Shown here: piece by piece, positions 39,355-51,559 of the stretch
Numbering within the stretch: position 1 is the stretch's first letter
How the letters are laid out: each line of letters opens with the position of its first letter
Origin: Octopus bimaculoides
Taxonomy: Eukaryota
Length of the DNA stretch: 64,000 nt
Assembly: GCF_001194135.2 (NCBI RefSeq)
Contig: NC_069000.1
Span: 23,947,995-24,011,994, forward strand
Direction of reading: 5' to 3'
The notes under the pieces: generated by a model
What the model was told of the DNA's origin: nothing
Database searches by the model: none
The model's input: the letters and a program-made list of their open reading frames with translations, nothing else
Position numbers and translations under genes: made by a program

Positions 39355-39391
39355 CAAGATATGCTACATCAATGCTTGGCAACCCTCACTG
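39355..39391 (+). CDS. BBS12: BBS12 coding exon 2 (37-nt micro-exon, ARYATSMLGNPHC)
   Basis: Strong acceptor ttttatttctgatttcAG, donor TG|GTTTGT; phases 1 and 2 fit both neighbours; supplies the LG motif. Confidence 0.65.
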
Positions 39392-39629
39392 GTTTGTATT
39401 CACTAATCTTCATTCTTTGATCCATTGAGTCATACATGTTCTGGGTCGAAAGTTGTGTGGTGGAAGATACTTATTATTGATAAAATAGAAGAGAGAAGTT
39501 GTAGTTAGGATATAGAACTCCATACTCGTGGATTGTGTATAACTGATGTGTTGGGAAGGAGGAAGATGACCATACTTTCACTTTATTTGCCAAAGTTTAT
39601 ATATATTTGTGTGTGTGTANNNNNNNNNN

Positions 39630-39673
<44 letters not shown>

Positions 39674-40019
39674 ATAGATAGCTATAGATATATATGTACA
39701 TACACATATATCTTCTTGGTAGTCTCTTGAGTATGAGAAAAATGGTTGTACAATTTCTTGCTGAACTGCCTGCACAGATGATTTGTTTTATAGTAACAAA
39801 TGTTTGTGCTGTACATTAGCTTGCTCTCGCCATCAAATTGACATTGCCTGTACATATGCACAATCTGCCAAATGCTAAGATGCCAAAATGATTGCAGGGC
39901 AATGTGAAATGAAGTTTTTTGCTCAAGAACACAATGCACCACCTTGTGCAAGAATCAAAGCCATGATCTTGTGATCATGAGTGTAATATGCTAATCACTA
40001 GGTTACATACCTTTATACG

Positions 40020-40395
40020 TGTACTTGGGCACATTGAAAGGATATTTCTAGGGAGATTGTTGAGATGCTAGAATGAAGGTATGTAGATGTGTATTGCATT
40101 CAAGAAATAAGCTGGGGGTGGCTTCTACCAGGTTCATCACAGGCAAAGGATGTAAGTATACAATCTGGGTAGGCAATAGTGATGGGATTCATGGTGTGGA
40201 CATATTTCTTAATGAGAAATGGGTTGATAAGGCAGTCAGAGTAGGCAGAAAGTGTGATAGGATACTTAAGCTTAGGCTAGTTTTGCAAAGTGGAACAACG
40301 ACTATTATTCTTGCTTATGCTCTTCAACCAGAGCTGTCGGAAAGATCAATCTTATGACACCCTTTTGTAGACTACCTTGTCAACAAATGACATTA
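40020..40395 (+). mobile_element. RTE-clade LINE endonuclease 5' fragment
   Basis: CIQE and GVDIFLNEKWVDK remnants; paralogous to 41795-42060. Confidence 0.7.
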
Positions 40396-40445
40396 TGGTG
40401 ATTATTTCAAGCTACCATGTATTTGAATTGATATATATATATGTG

Positions 40446-41709
40446 CAGGGTGCAATGGGTAAATTGTTGCCATTTTATACTTTTAATTTCATGCATGCAC
40501 ATTGTTTGTTTTTGGTTTTGTCGACGACACAGTATAGTAGGGTCAACTGGGGACCGTTTGTGAGTAAAACAGTACCGTGATGCAATTTACTCTGCCAGAA
40601 ATTTAGAAATGACATGCCGTACTGCTTGGCATTTGTGCCAGAATCTCCAAGACAAACATTTCAGAGTGTTTGGGTGTCAATCTGAGGACAGTGCAGAGGA
40701 TTTGGAAAGAGTTGGATGAGTCTTATGGTGATTATGAAGGTACGGCAGCTCAGAAAACTCATTCTGATAAACAAACTCCTGAATTTGTTGGTGAGATTCA
40801 GGCCATGATTGACAATGACCCCTCCAAATCAGTCAGGTCCTGAGTTTCTTATCGGGCAGGTAGTGCATGAAAACATTCGGTATTCCTCATACAAGATGAG
40901 AAAGGACCGATTTTTATCTTAGGCCATCAAGGACAAGAGGAAAGCCCATGCTATAAAGCTTTTGAACAAACTCAAGCATCCCTTCCAACCGAACATGCTT
41001 TGGTTTTTCTCAGACGAGAAAAATTTCTGCCAGGATCAGATAGGAACACAGAACAACTGTTGGCTTGCCTTGTCCCCAAAACATGTACTGATACCGATAA
41101 AATTCAAACATCCAGTCAACATCATGGTGTTTGGAGTGATCACTAGTGATAGTGATGTTATGCTTCCATTCATCTTCCCACACGACCTCAGACTCAACAC
41201 AGAGGCCTACATCAAGTGCCTGGAGGAGGTAGTGCTGCCCTGGGTCAAGAGGGTGGATGCTGGAAGACCCTATGTTTGGCAACAGGACTCTGCACCGTGC
41301 CTCACAAGCAGGAGAACCCAGTCGTGGCTGTCAGACTTTTTCGACGACCACATCACCCCTAAAATCTGGCCACCTACCTCCCCACACTGCAACTCCCTTG
41401 ATTATTATGTGTGGGGTGCAGTTGTGTGAGAGACCGACAAAACTCCTTGTAACACCAAAGATGAACTGAAGGCAAGGATTATGGCAGCATTCACCAACTT
41501 AAACAAAGAGATCGTCTAGAAGAGTTGCAGGAGATTCCAAAGTCGTCTGGAGACCATGGTTGAAGCCAATAGCAATTTTATTGAATAAATTTACTCTTTA
41601 GTATTTCAAGATATTTTTATGTAATTTTGGTAAATGTATCTGTTAAAATGAGACATCAGTGTTATTTTCATTTTTGCGTAATTTAGACAACAATTTATTC
41701 ATTTCACTC

Positions 41710-41711
<2 letters not shown>
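40446..41711 (+). mobile_element. Near full-length maT-family (DD37D) Tc1/mariner element
   Basis: FFSDEKNF, WQQDSAP and WPPTSPHCNSLDY with 37 residues between the second and third Asp; left TIR CAGGGTGCAATG, degenerate right TIR; ~1.27 kb. Confidence 0.88.
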
Positions 41712-41752
<41 letters not shown>

Positions 41753-41794
41753 GCTGTCTCCTATCTCTGTGTTCCCCCTTGCCACCCCTTCCTC

Positions 41795-44700
41795 ATCCTT
41801 ACAGTTGGTACACATTGAATCGTAGGTCTGGTGAAATTATTGAGATGCTGGAATGAAGGCGTGTAGAGATGTGTTGCATCCAAGGAGTAAGGTGGTGTGG
41901 GCATATATCTTGCTGAGAAAAGGATTGATAAAGTAATTGAGGTAGTCAGAGTGTGTGATAGAATACTTAAACCTGGACTAGGTTCGCAAAGTGGAACAGC
42001 AACTATTATTTCTGCCTATGCTCCTCATCTTGGGCTGCCATTCAAACAAAAGAATCAATTTTATGACACCCTTTTGCAGACTACTGTGTTGACAAAGAAC
42101 AGTGAGCTTCTCTTTGTGGCTGGTGATTTCAATAGGCATGTTGTGCAGCATCCAGGTGGCTTTCATTGGGTGTATGGAGGCTATGGAGTTGGTTCCCACA
42201 GTGAGAAGGTAACTAGGCTGTTGGAGTTCTGTGATGTAAATGACTTTATGATCTGCAATACTAACAACCAGTCACCTTTTCACCTATCATTCTGGTGGCC
42301 ACACAAGCCAGATTGATTACATTGTCACCAAAAAGCAGGAAAGACAATTGCTTATAAATATAAAGTCACTGAGATGCTTAAAATATCTGGTGAAGTAGGA
42401 TATGGTCTGGCCACCCGTTTAATTAATTAGGTTGTCCACAAGGGAATCATTCCCAGTGATTGGTGTAGCATTATTATAATCACTTACTACAAAGTTAAAA
42501 GTGATGCCTTAGACAGAAATAATTACAGGGATATCATATTGTTGGACCAGCTGATGAAAGAGAATTAGAAAGAGAATTAGCCGAGATGAGATGCATTTTG
42601 GTTTTGTGCCTACTGATGCTATCTTCCTGGTGAGGCAACTTGCAGGAGAAGTATTCAGCCAAAAATAAACCTCTGTACTTAGCTTTTGTCATCATAGGGA
42701 AAGCTTTTGACAGGGTCCCCTGCTCCCTTATCTGGTGGTCAATGCAGAAGCTAGATAGATGAGTAGTTAGTGAGATTGGTACAAGCCATGTACAGGGATG
42801 CTGTCAGTAAGGTGAAAGCAATGAGTATAGCCCCCTCATTTATTATTGCCTCTAGGCCACAACAGATAAATTTAAGACTGGCTGCCCTTGGGAGCTCTTT
42901 TATGCTGATGACCTTGTTTTTATTGCTGAACTAGCCGAGTTACCCAGCGTTGCTCAGGATTAAAATGGCATAGTTTTTTATTCTTTTACTTTGAATGTGG
43001 CCATGCTGGAGCACTGCCTTTAGTTGAACAGAATGAAAGAAAGAAAGAGGGAGGGAGGGAGAAAAAGAAGGATGGAAGGAAGGAAAGAAGACAGACTAAA
43101 AGAGAGGAACTATTACAGAGGATGAGAGAATATATGTAAGCAAAAGAAACAATGAGAAAAGGGAGAGAATCTGTTGAAAACTACAGTTTTTAGAGAAAAC
43201 CTGTGTAACCCTCCCCCCGGTTTCTTGCTTTACGTGGGAGCTCTGGGCAAAAAATTATAGTGCATGACCATCCTTAGCACATAAGTAATGTGTGTGTAAA
43301 GTTTGGTGGAAATTGTTTGAAAACTGCAGAAATGCATACATATTACACACACAGACATCCTTTGTTTTATATATATAGATTACTACCAGGACTTGAGAAG
43401 AAATTTCAGGTGTCGAAGCAAGGTTTGGAATCTAAGGGCCTCAGAGTAAATTTTGCAAAGACCAACGTCCTAGTAAGTAGGAAAATAGACAAATCACAGA
43501 TCCCTTCAGGGAAATGGCTTTGCTTGATATGTTGAATAAGTGTTGATAGAAACTCCATATGGTGTACCCAGTGCAACCTATGGGCACATAAGAGGTGTCA
43601 CAGGAAGGTTAAAAGAGAAAGTAGTCTTTGTGTGTGACATGTACAGGTACAATAAATACTAAATACTAAGAATGTACGGAAAATGAAGTCCCACAAATGT
43701 CTGAAGAGGATCTTTAGCAGTAGTAGATAATTTCTGTTACCTGGGCAACCAATTTAGCAATGGAGGAGGAATCTCTGAAATTGGAGTTGCTAGAATAAGA
43801 ACAGGTTGAGTGAAGTTCAGAGAGCTGCTACTTTTGTTGGTATGACAGTGAAACATGGGCTGTGACTACAGAAGACATACAAAAGCTTGAAAGGAATGAA
43901 GCTATCATGCTCTGCTGGATGGGTAATGTCAATGTGCATATATGACAGTGTAAATGATTTAAGAGAAAAACTAGTTATGAGGCATCAGATGTAGTGTGCA
44001 AGAGATATGATTGTGCTGGTATGGTCATGTGATGCATATAGATGAGGACATCTGTATAAAGAAGTGCTGCTCTCTAATAGTGGAGGGAACCTATGAAAGC
44101 AGTAGTACCAGGAAAACATGGGATAAAGTGGTGAGAAATGATCTTCAGAGGTTGAGCCTCACAGAAAAGATGACAAGCGACCAAGGCTTCTGGCAATTTG
44201 CTGTGCTTGAGAAGTCATGTCGAGCTATGTAAAATCATTGTCATTCATACATACAAGCATTCCTTTATGGCCATATCCAACCCTTTCCCTTGCACATACA
44301 CACACACAATTCTGTCTTATGGCAAAGCTCCCCCACAAACCATCTCTCCAACAGTCCCACCACCCATGGCAGGCCTCTCCACTCTCCCTCACTTGCATAT
44401 CTGCACAATCTCCATGCACTTACATATTTACCATAACCACTCCAATTCCTGTCACTATCACCTGCTATCTCTCTCCCCTCGTGCTATTATGGAACATCTT
44501 CTCTATCCCCTCTGTATTACTTAAGACAGCTATCTCTGTCCCTCTATCATATTCCAACATCTCATCTGGTACACAACAACTTCTCTTGGTTTCACCTTCT
44601 CTCAGCTGAGAAGTCCTTGTTTAACAAGCTACTTGGTGATCCTGCCAGTGTTGGTGCCATGTAAAAAGCACCCATTTTGGTGCCACATAAAAAGCACCTG

Positions 44701-44915
44701 TGATGGTGCTATATATAAAGCATCCATACTGGCACCTTGTAAAAATCACCCAGTACACTCTGTAGAGTGGTTGACATTAGGAAGGACATCCAACCATATA
44801 AAACATGTTGAAACAGAGTTGTAGTCTGGTGCAGTTCTCTGGCTTGCCAGAGCCTGTTAAACCATCCAACTCATGCCAGCATGGAAAACAGACATTAAAC
44901 GATGATGATGGTTTT
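41795..44915 (+). mobile_element. RTE-clade LINE with deletions: EN, RT, Cys-rich region, 3' UTR and (GAT)n tail
   Basis: AYAPH and VAGDFN (EN), WELFYADDL, CTQCNLWAHKRC and CWYGHVMH; interrupted by a Helitron at 42931-43379. Confidence 0.85.
42931..43379 (-). mobile_element. Non-autonomous Helitron, 449 bp, complete
   Basis: The - strand reads A|TCTATATATATAAAAC...ATCCTGAGCAACGCTGGGTAACTCGGCTAG|T; removing it restores the LINE frame (YADDLVFIAE-LLPGLEKKFQV). Confidence 0.88.
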
Positions 44916-44958
44916 GATGATTTTTGCACCATATATAAATATTAGATAATTTATGTAT

Positions 44959-45310
44959 AGGCTCAGGCATGGCTGTGTGGTAAGATGTTTGCTTTCCAAC
45001 CACATGGTTTCAGCTTCATTCCCATTGTATGGCATCTTAGGTGTTTTCTACTATACTCCCAGACTGACTAGATTTGGTAGAGGGAAACTGAAAGAAGCCC
45101 ACGCATATGTGTGATTATTTTGTTGAGGGAAACTGAAAGAAGCCCACACGTGTGTGTGTGTCTTTATGTCACTGCTTGACAAGTGGTGTTAGTTTGTTTA
45201 TGTTTCCATAGTGGTTTGGCAAAAGAGATCGAAAGAATAAGTATCAGGTTTAAAAACAAGTACAGTCGATTTGTTTGACTAAACCCAGCATAACCAAAAC
45301 AAATAAAAGA
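44959..45310 (+). mobile_element. tRNA-derived SINE, family C
   Basis: ggctcaggcatggctgtgtggtaag... homologous to 58858-59236. Confidence 0.75.
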
Positions 45311-45431
45311 AGATAAAAGATACACACATGCACATAAACAAACACACACACACACACATACACATGCTTATGTATCTTCATCATCATTACTTTGCATTTG
45401 CTTTCTATGTTGTAGTTATATAACATTTACA

Positions 45432-45473
<42 letters not shown>

Positions 45474-47295
45474 CGTAGAAACTGAATATAAAATGATGAT
45501 GTTGATATATATGTGTGTATGCACTTCACAATTAGGGAACTGACAAGATTTAAGTAACTAATACTAAAAATAAAAGAAATATCAAAATTATCAATTAGAG
45601 TGTAATCTAATATGTAAATTTATTCAAGAATCCTTACACTTATAAATCTGATTCACAAGCCTAAGCTATTTATTAATGGAAAATGAATTTTATGTTGTTA
45701 TATTTTGGGATGGTCATTATTTTATCGATTTTTTTCTTGCCAAATCGTTACACATCTGTGACCTCTGCAGTGGCTCTTTCCATTCACATGTATCCTACAC
45801 TGCCTAGTCCATTCTGTCCGTCTATGAAATTTATGTTATTTGGTATAAAAATTGCTGAAAAATCTGTTAGACACATCAAACTCATTTTAAGGCTATCTCA
45901 AAGCTATTTCATTTTTAAATATGATTTGAACTTGGAATTAACTGATTTATTAGAATTCTACCTTCAACTTCTGCACATTGGTCAATCTGCATAAAAGTTA
46001 TCATCATTAATCATTAGTGATATATACCACAAATGACTCATAAATTTATATGTATATTTATATTGCAAAGATATATACTTAAATTCACAGTTTGACGTCA
46101 TTGTGCATATGTGTACATATACATAATCATATTCCAATAAATTAAAGGAAATGGGTCATATAATACATGTGTTGGGTATCTAAATGTATATACACAATTA
46201 TATATATATATATATATATACAAACATGCATAGATTGTACACACAGACACATATACAAGTTTTTTTTAATTATATTCTACTTGACTGATATGTGTGTATT
46301 GTAATATACATATATATGTATACATATCCCCTTCTAGACAACATGTGTGAAAACATTGGGCTGTGAATGACATCATTGGATTGTTGGATGCATATGTTTC
46401 TGTTCTTATGCATTGTCATCTACAAACATCAAATTTAAGAAATTTTTTCCTGGTTCTATTTCTGCAATACAGGGTCTTCCTATGTCCAAGTGTGCTTGAG
46501 TGTGTTAAATATGACTTAACACAAATATATTTTATTCAATGCTGCTTTATGTGACTTTATTCATTTAATTCTGGCTTGACCAAGTATCATGTATACCAGC
46601 ATTTGTGCCATATGCTGTCCTAGGATAAGAATGAATTCATTCTTATCAAGCTGTGAATGACAGATTTCGTGTTCATTGCTGACTAATGTGAAAGAATACA
46701 GAAATCTACTTGTAATCATATTCTCTTTTATTCAGATACAGTTTATCTAATATGTCTCCTGTATCTAAATAGCAGGGTGCAATTTGAAGGAGATCTGACA
46801 GCAGTTTCCAGCAGGTCAAGAGGCTTGCAGTGTTGTAAGACTTGGTAAAGATTCTGAATCATTGGTTTCTTACATCACAACTTGAAAAACTTCTCACACT
46901 CTTACATTTGTTGTGAAAGCACCTATTATTATATGTTCTTTATTTGTACATGTCTAGTTGAAACATACTCATGTTTTTACTATCTCAACCCACCTTGAAT
47001 ACCAGGCAGAGTTTTCTGTAGTAAATGAAAACATTTGACTCATCAATTCTGTCTAATCTCTCTCTCTCTTTCTCTCTCTTTCACACACACACACCTTAAA
47101 TCATATTGAAGCTCACTTTTCTATACTTGTATGGGTTGGATAGATCCTTTCTAATACAGGACTCACCCTTCTTTGCATTCCTCTTTGTCATCTCCCTTGT
47201 TGGGCATAATGCCATGAGATTCATTTTCATCAGCTTTTACAGATTGAAAAAAAAACAAAAAAACTTTGTTTACTTTGTTTTTCCTTGTTTTGCAG

Positions 47296-47374
47296 TATCA
47301 AGTGTATAGTTTGTGACAGCAAGCATGTTTTTGCTCGAGACATTGCTGTTGTTCTCCAGAATATTGACACTAAG
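47296..47374 (+). CDS. BBS12: BBS12 coding exon 3 (IKCIVCDSKHVFARDIAVVLQNIDTK)
   Basis: Acceptor ccttgttttgcAG, donor AAG|GTATGT, 79 nt, phase 2 to 0. Confidence 0.75.
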
Positions 47375-47656
47375 GTATGTTTGAGATTCTACATACAAAA
47401 TTGCATCTTGATTGAATGACTACCATGTCTGACTGCTGTCTTTAAACTCTTACAACTGTCATTACATTTTCCTTTTAATCAAGGTAATTAGTTTCATTCT
47501 ATTGTAACTGAGAGAAAAAAAGTAATAATACCAGCATCACTCTACAAAGACAGCACCAGAAATTATGGAAGGAAAAAAAATTGCTGATTTAACGTCTACT
47601 AATTCAGCCATAAAATTTTCAGTCAGAATCCATCAAAGATTGCATGTGAGTATGTT

Positions 47657-47739
<83 letters not shown>

Positions 47740-47810
47740 ATGTGTTATTTGTTCTCAGATTTCTCTGAAGAACAGTATTATGATGTCTTTCTTTCCTTTC
47801 TTTCTTCCAG

Positions 47811-47936
47811 CATCCTGTAGCACAAGTAATTTCTGGTTGCTGTGAGGAGTACCATGGAAAATTTGGATGTGGGACTAAAAGTCTTTTATATTTTATTGGT
47901 CAGTGGATGCAAATAGGCACAGAGCTATTACATCAG
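47811..47936 (+). CDS. BBS12: BBS12 coding exon 4 (HPVAQVISGCCEEYHGKFGCGTKSLLYFIGQWMQIGTELLHQ)
   Basis: Acceptor ctttcttccAG, donor CAG|GTAAAT, 126 nt; aligns with recalled BBS12 SAVGQLL...GISTLLFLVGAW...ECLHL. Confidence 0.85.
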
Positions 47937-47972
47937 GTAAATAAGACTACTAGTCAATCTTATTATTATTAA

Positions 47973-48204
47973 GGCAGCAAGCTGGTAGAATCATTAGTAT
48001 GTTGGGCAAAATGCTTAGCAGCATTTCACCCGTCTTTACTTCTGAGTTCAAATTCTGCTGAGGTCAACTTTGCCTTTCATCCTTTCAGGGTCAGTAAATT
48101 AAGTACCAGTGAAACACCAGGGTTGATGTAATCTACTAGTCCCCCCTCCCACTAAATTTCAGGCCTTATGCCTTTAGTAGAAAGGATTATTATTATTATT
48201 ATTA
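47973..48204 (+). mobile_element. tRNA-derived SINE, family A, with (TTA)n
   Basis: A/B-box head (gagttcaaattc); homologous to 49149-49374 and 53395-53530. Confidence 0.75.
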
Positions 48205-48680
48205 TGGAGTGTGAGCGCTGAGCATGCTATCAAAGTGACACTGGAGTACAAATATATGATGTCTAATATACCCATCATGATTACCCATCTGATATGGGTA
48301 CACCAGGTACATGCATCCCAACCATAAGTGCATGACATGATGATCTAAAATCAAGATATACAGCACATGACCTTGCAGGTGGGGGCCTAGTTAGAATTTT
48401 CTTCAGGCCGAGTAGACCATCCCTCTCAAAAGATCCATGAATAAGGGTTGTTTAAGGATGTTGAATGAAACACCCATGTTTCCCGAGGCAAATTATTCAA
48501 ACCCCAAAGAATTCCTCTCAACACATGGCTATGATGCTCCCCAACTATTTCTGCTCATTATTAGAGATGCACCTATTGCCAGCCACCAAGGGACATGCTC
48601 AGTTGGTTAAGGTCAAACGAATGACAATCAAACCTGTGGTGTTGAGCAGAATATTTGCTGTAGCCTATCTTTTACATCAA
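48205..48680. repeat. Interspersed repeat B (~470 bp)
   Basis: Colinear with 49375-49838 over its whole length. Confidence 0.75.
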
Positions 48681-49098
48681 AACAAAATGTACTTAATAAC
48701 ACTTCCAATCAGTTAAAATGAGAAGCTATGAGAGCCAGTGCCTGGTATTGCATTAGGGTATTTATTGTTGTTGTTGTTGTTGATGTTGCTGTTGCTGCTG
48801 CTGCTGCTGCTGCTGTTGCTGTTGTTGTTGTTGCATTCGGTCTTGTTTGTTCTGGTAGATTCTGTGAGAGCAGACAGCAGCCTACTGTCGGAGGTCTCAC
48901 AGAGTCTCTTTCTGCACATAAGCTTTGGTACTTGGTTGTTAATTATTGTGGGACACATTCAACATCCAAGTACCAATCTCAAAATCCTAGCTATCTCCAG
49001 CAGAACAGTTTTTTGGGCTTGCTCTGCTCTCATGTTAATTCCGATTTCTTTGATATATTTTTCAAACTTCGTTGTTGTTGTTGTTGTTGTTGTTGCTA

Positions 49099-49148
<50 letters not shown>

Positions 49149-49374
49149 GAGGTGGTGAGCTGGCAAAACCATTAGCATGCTGGGTGAAATGCTTAGTGGT
49201 ATTTCGTCTGTCGCCACATTCTGAGTTCAAATTCTGCCGAGGTCAACTTTGCCTTTCATTCTTTCAAAGTCAATAAATTAAGTACTAGTTGAGTACTGAG
49301 GTAGATTTAATCGATTTAACCTCTCCCTCCAAATTTCAGGCCTTGTGCCTATAGTAGAAAGGATTATTATTATT
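49149..49374 (+). mobile_element. tRNA-derived SINE, family A, inside a (TTA)n array
   Basis: Homologous to 47973-48204. Confidence 0.75.
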
Positions 49375-49835
49375 GTGTGAGAGAGCAGTGCATGCCATCA
49401 AAGTGACACTGGGGTACAAATATATGAAGCCCAGTATACCCATCATGACTACCCGTCTGATAAGGGTACACCAGGCACATGCATCACAACCATATGTACG
49501 CGACATGGTGATCTCATATCAAGATAAACAGCGCATGACCTTGCAAGTGGGGCCCAGTTAGAATTTTCTTCAGGTCGAGTCGCCCATCCTGCTCAAAAGG
49601 TCCTGAATAAAGGTTGTTTAAGGATGTTGGACGAAACACCCATGTTTCCAAAGCTGACTTATGTAAACCCCAAAGAATACCTCTCAACACATGGCTATGA
49701 TGCTCCCCCACTACTTCTGCTCATGATCAGAGATGCACATATAGTCAGCCACCAAGGGACATGCTCAACTGGTTAAGTTCAAACAACTGACAAGCAAATC
49801 TGTGGTATTGAGCATAATATTTGCTGTAGCCCATC

Positions 49836-49838
<3 letters not shown>
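49375..49838. repeat. Interspersed repeat B, flanked by (TTA)n on both sides
   Basis: Colinear with 48205-48680. Confidence 0.75.
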
Positions 49839-49869
<31 letters not shown>

Positions 49870-51080
49870 TCCTTTCATTATAATTTTATTTCTGCTTCCT
49901 TAGTACCAGGCATCCTCTGGAGGCCAAGAGTAGCAAGGGCACTTTTGTTTTGCTATGCATGCTAAAATTATCACCACACTTATTCCATTTTAGATGAAGA
50001 GTGCTTTCCATAGTATATGGGCTGTACCCATTAAAGTTATCTTTTGTAGTTCACGGAGATTGGAGTTACCAAAGAGTTGCTTAATATACTTCTCAGCTCC
50101 CTTCTTTATCATTCCCAACCCACCAATTACTACTGGTATTATCATAGTACTAAGCTTCCACATTTTTGTGATTTCAATTTGCAGATCTTTTTAGTGAGAA
50201 AGCTTTTCATATTCTTTTCTTGAGACATTTTGATCTTGTTGGACAGACATATCTATTAACAGACAAGTTCCTCTGTTGTAGTCCTTGATCACAATGTCTG
50301 GTCGATTGGAGTCAATTTTTCTGTCTGTTTGTATTGGGATGTTCCAAAAGATGGTGATGCCTTCACCATTCACTACATCCTCTGGATGGTACCTGTACCA
50401 CTTATCATGGGATTTAATTTTGTAGTATTTATAAGCATTCCAGTGGATGTACTGCCCTAGTCTGTCATGTCTTATAAGGTACTCCTTTTCAGCGAGGACT
50501 GGGCAGCCAGAAACAACATCATCAATTGTCTCTGTGAATTTTCCTCAAATTCTGCATGAGGAGTCAGATCAATCTTTAAGGACATTTGTTTGGTAGTTTC
50601 TGGTAAGTAAGCTTTGATCTTGCACTGCAGTAACAAAACCTACTGTTTCCCCTTTCAGACTTGTCACTTGTAGCCATTGGTATGTTAGATTTTGATCAGT
50701 ATCTGGTTTGGACAGGTGGTTAAGGTATTTTCCATGCAGGAGTTTGCCTTTTCAGTTGTCTTTGATATTATTCATGCAAGCCTTCTTTACTTTTTGTTTG
50801 ATGTTTTTTGCATCAGTGATAGGTTTGTCACTATTTGGATCTCATTAGTCTTTCTGATTGTTAATTTCTAAATCAGGAGAAGCAAAGGTAGGTCTGTCAG
50901 TATTTGGGTGTCTTTGGTCATTCTTATTAACTTGTAGGCTAAGAGACTTTTTAAATTTCTTGCTAAGCTTTATTATTGAAGCTTGCTTGGAATCTTCATG
51001 CCTCACTGCAATTTGTAAGAGCACATCACTTGTTATATTAAGGTATGTTTCAAGGCCTATTATTGCTGATTTGAAGGATT
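49870..51080 (-). mobile_element. R4/Dong-like RLE non-LTR retrotransposon, 3' part
   Basis: VVSGCPVLAEKEYLIRHD Zn knuckle and FWNIPIQTDRKIDSNRPDIVIKD...LIDMS RLE motif; both ends abut (TAA)n. Confidence 0.85.
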
Positions 51081-51097
51081 GTTGATTTTGTTGTTGC

Positions 51098-51152
<55 letters not shown>

Positions 51153-51559
51153 TAGTTTTATTTTTATAACNNNNNNNNNNNNNNNNNNNNNNNNNNNNNN
51201 NNNNNNNNNNNNNNNNNNNNNNNNNNNNNNNNNNNNNNNNNNNNNNNNNNNNNNNNNNNNNNNNNNNNNNNNNNNNNNNNNNNNNNNNNNNNNNNNNNNN
51301 NNNNNNNNNNNNNNNNNNNNNNNNNNNNNNNNNNNNNNNNNNNNNNNNNNNNNNNNNNNNNNNNNNNNNNNNNNNNNNNNNNNNNNNNNNNNNNNNNNNN
51401 NNNNNNNNNNNNNNNNNNNNNNNNNNNNNNNNNNNNNNNNNNNNNNNNNNNNNNNNNNNNNNNNNNNTTCTGTTTTTAGATTCCACATTCGAGTTACCTC
51501 TATTTCCAGGTCTTTGTTGTTGTTGTTGTTGTTATTATTATTATTATTATTATTATTTT

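Noticed and set aside
48728-49175. Poly-Leu/Ala/Val/Ile ORFs
   Set aside because: Translations of (GTT)n, (GCT)n and (TTA)n microsatellites
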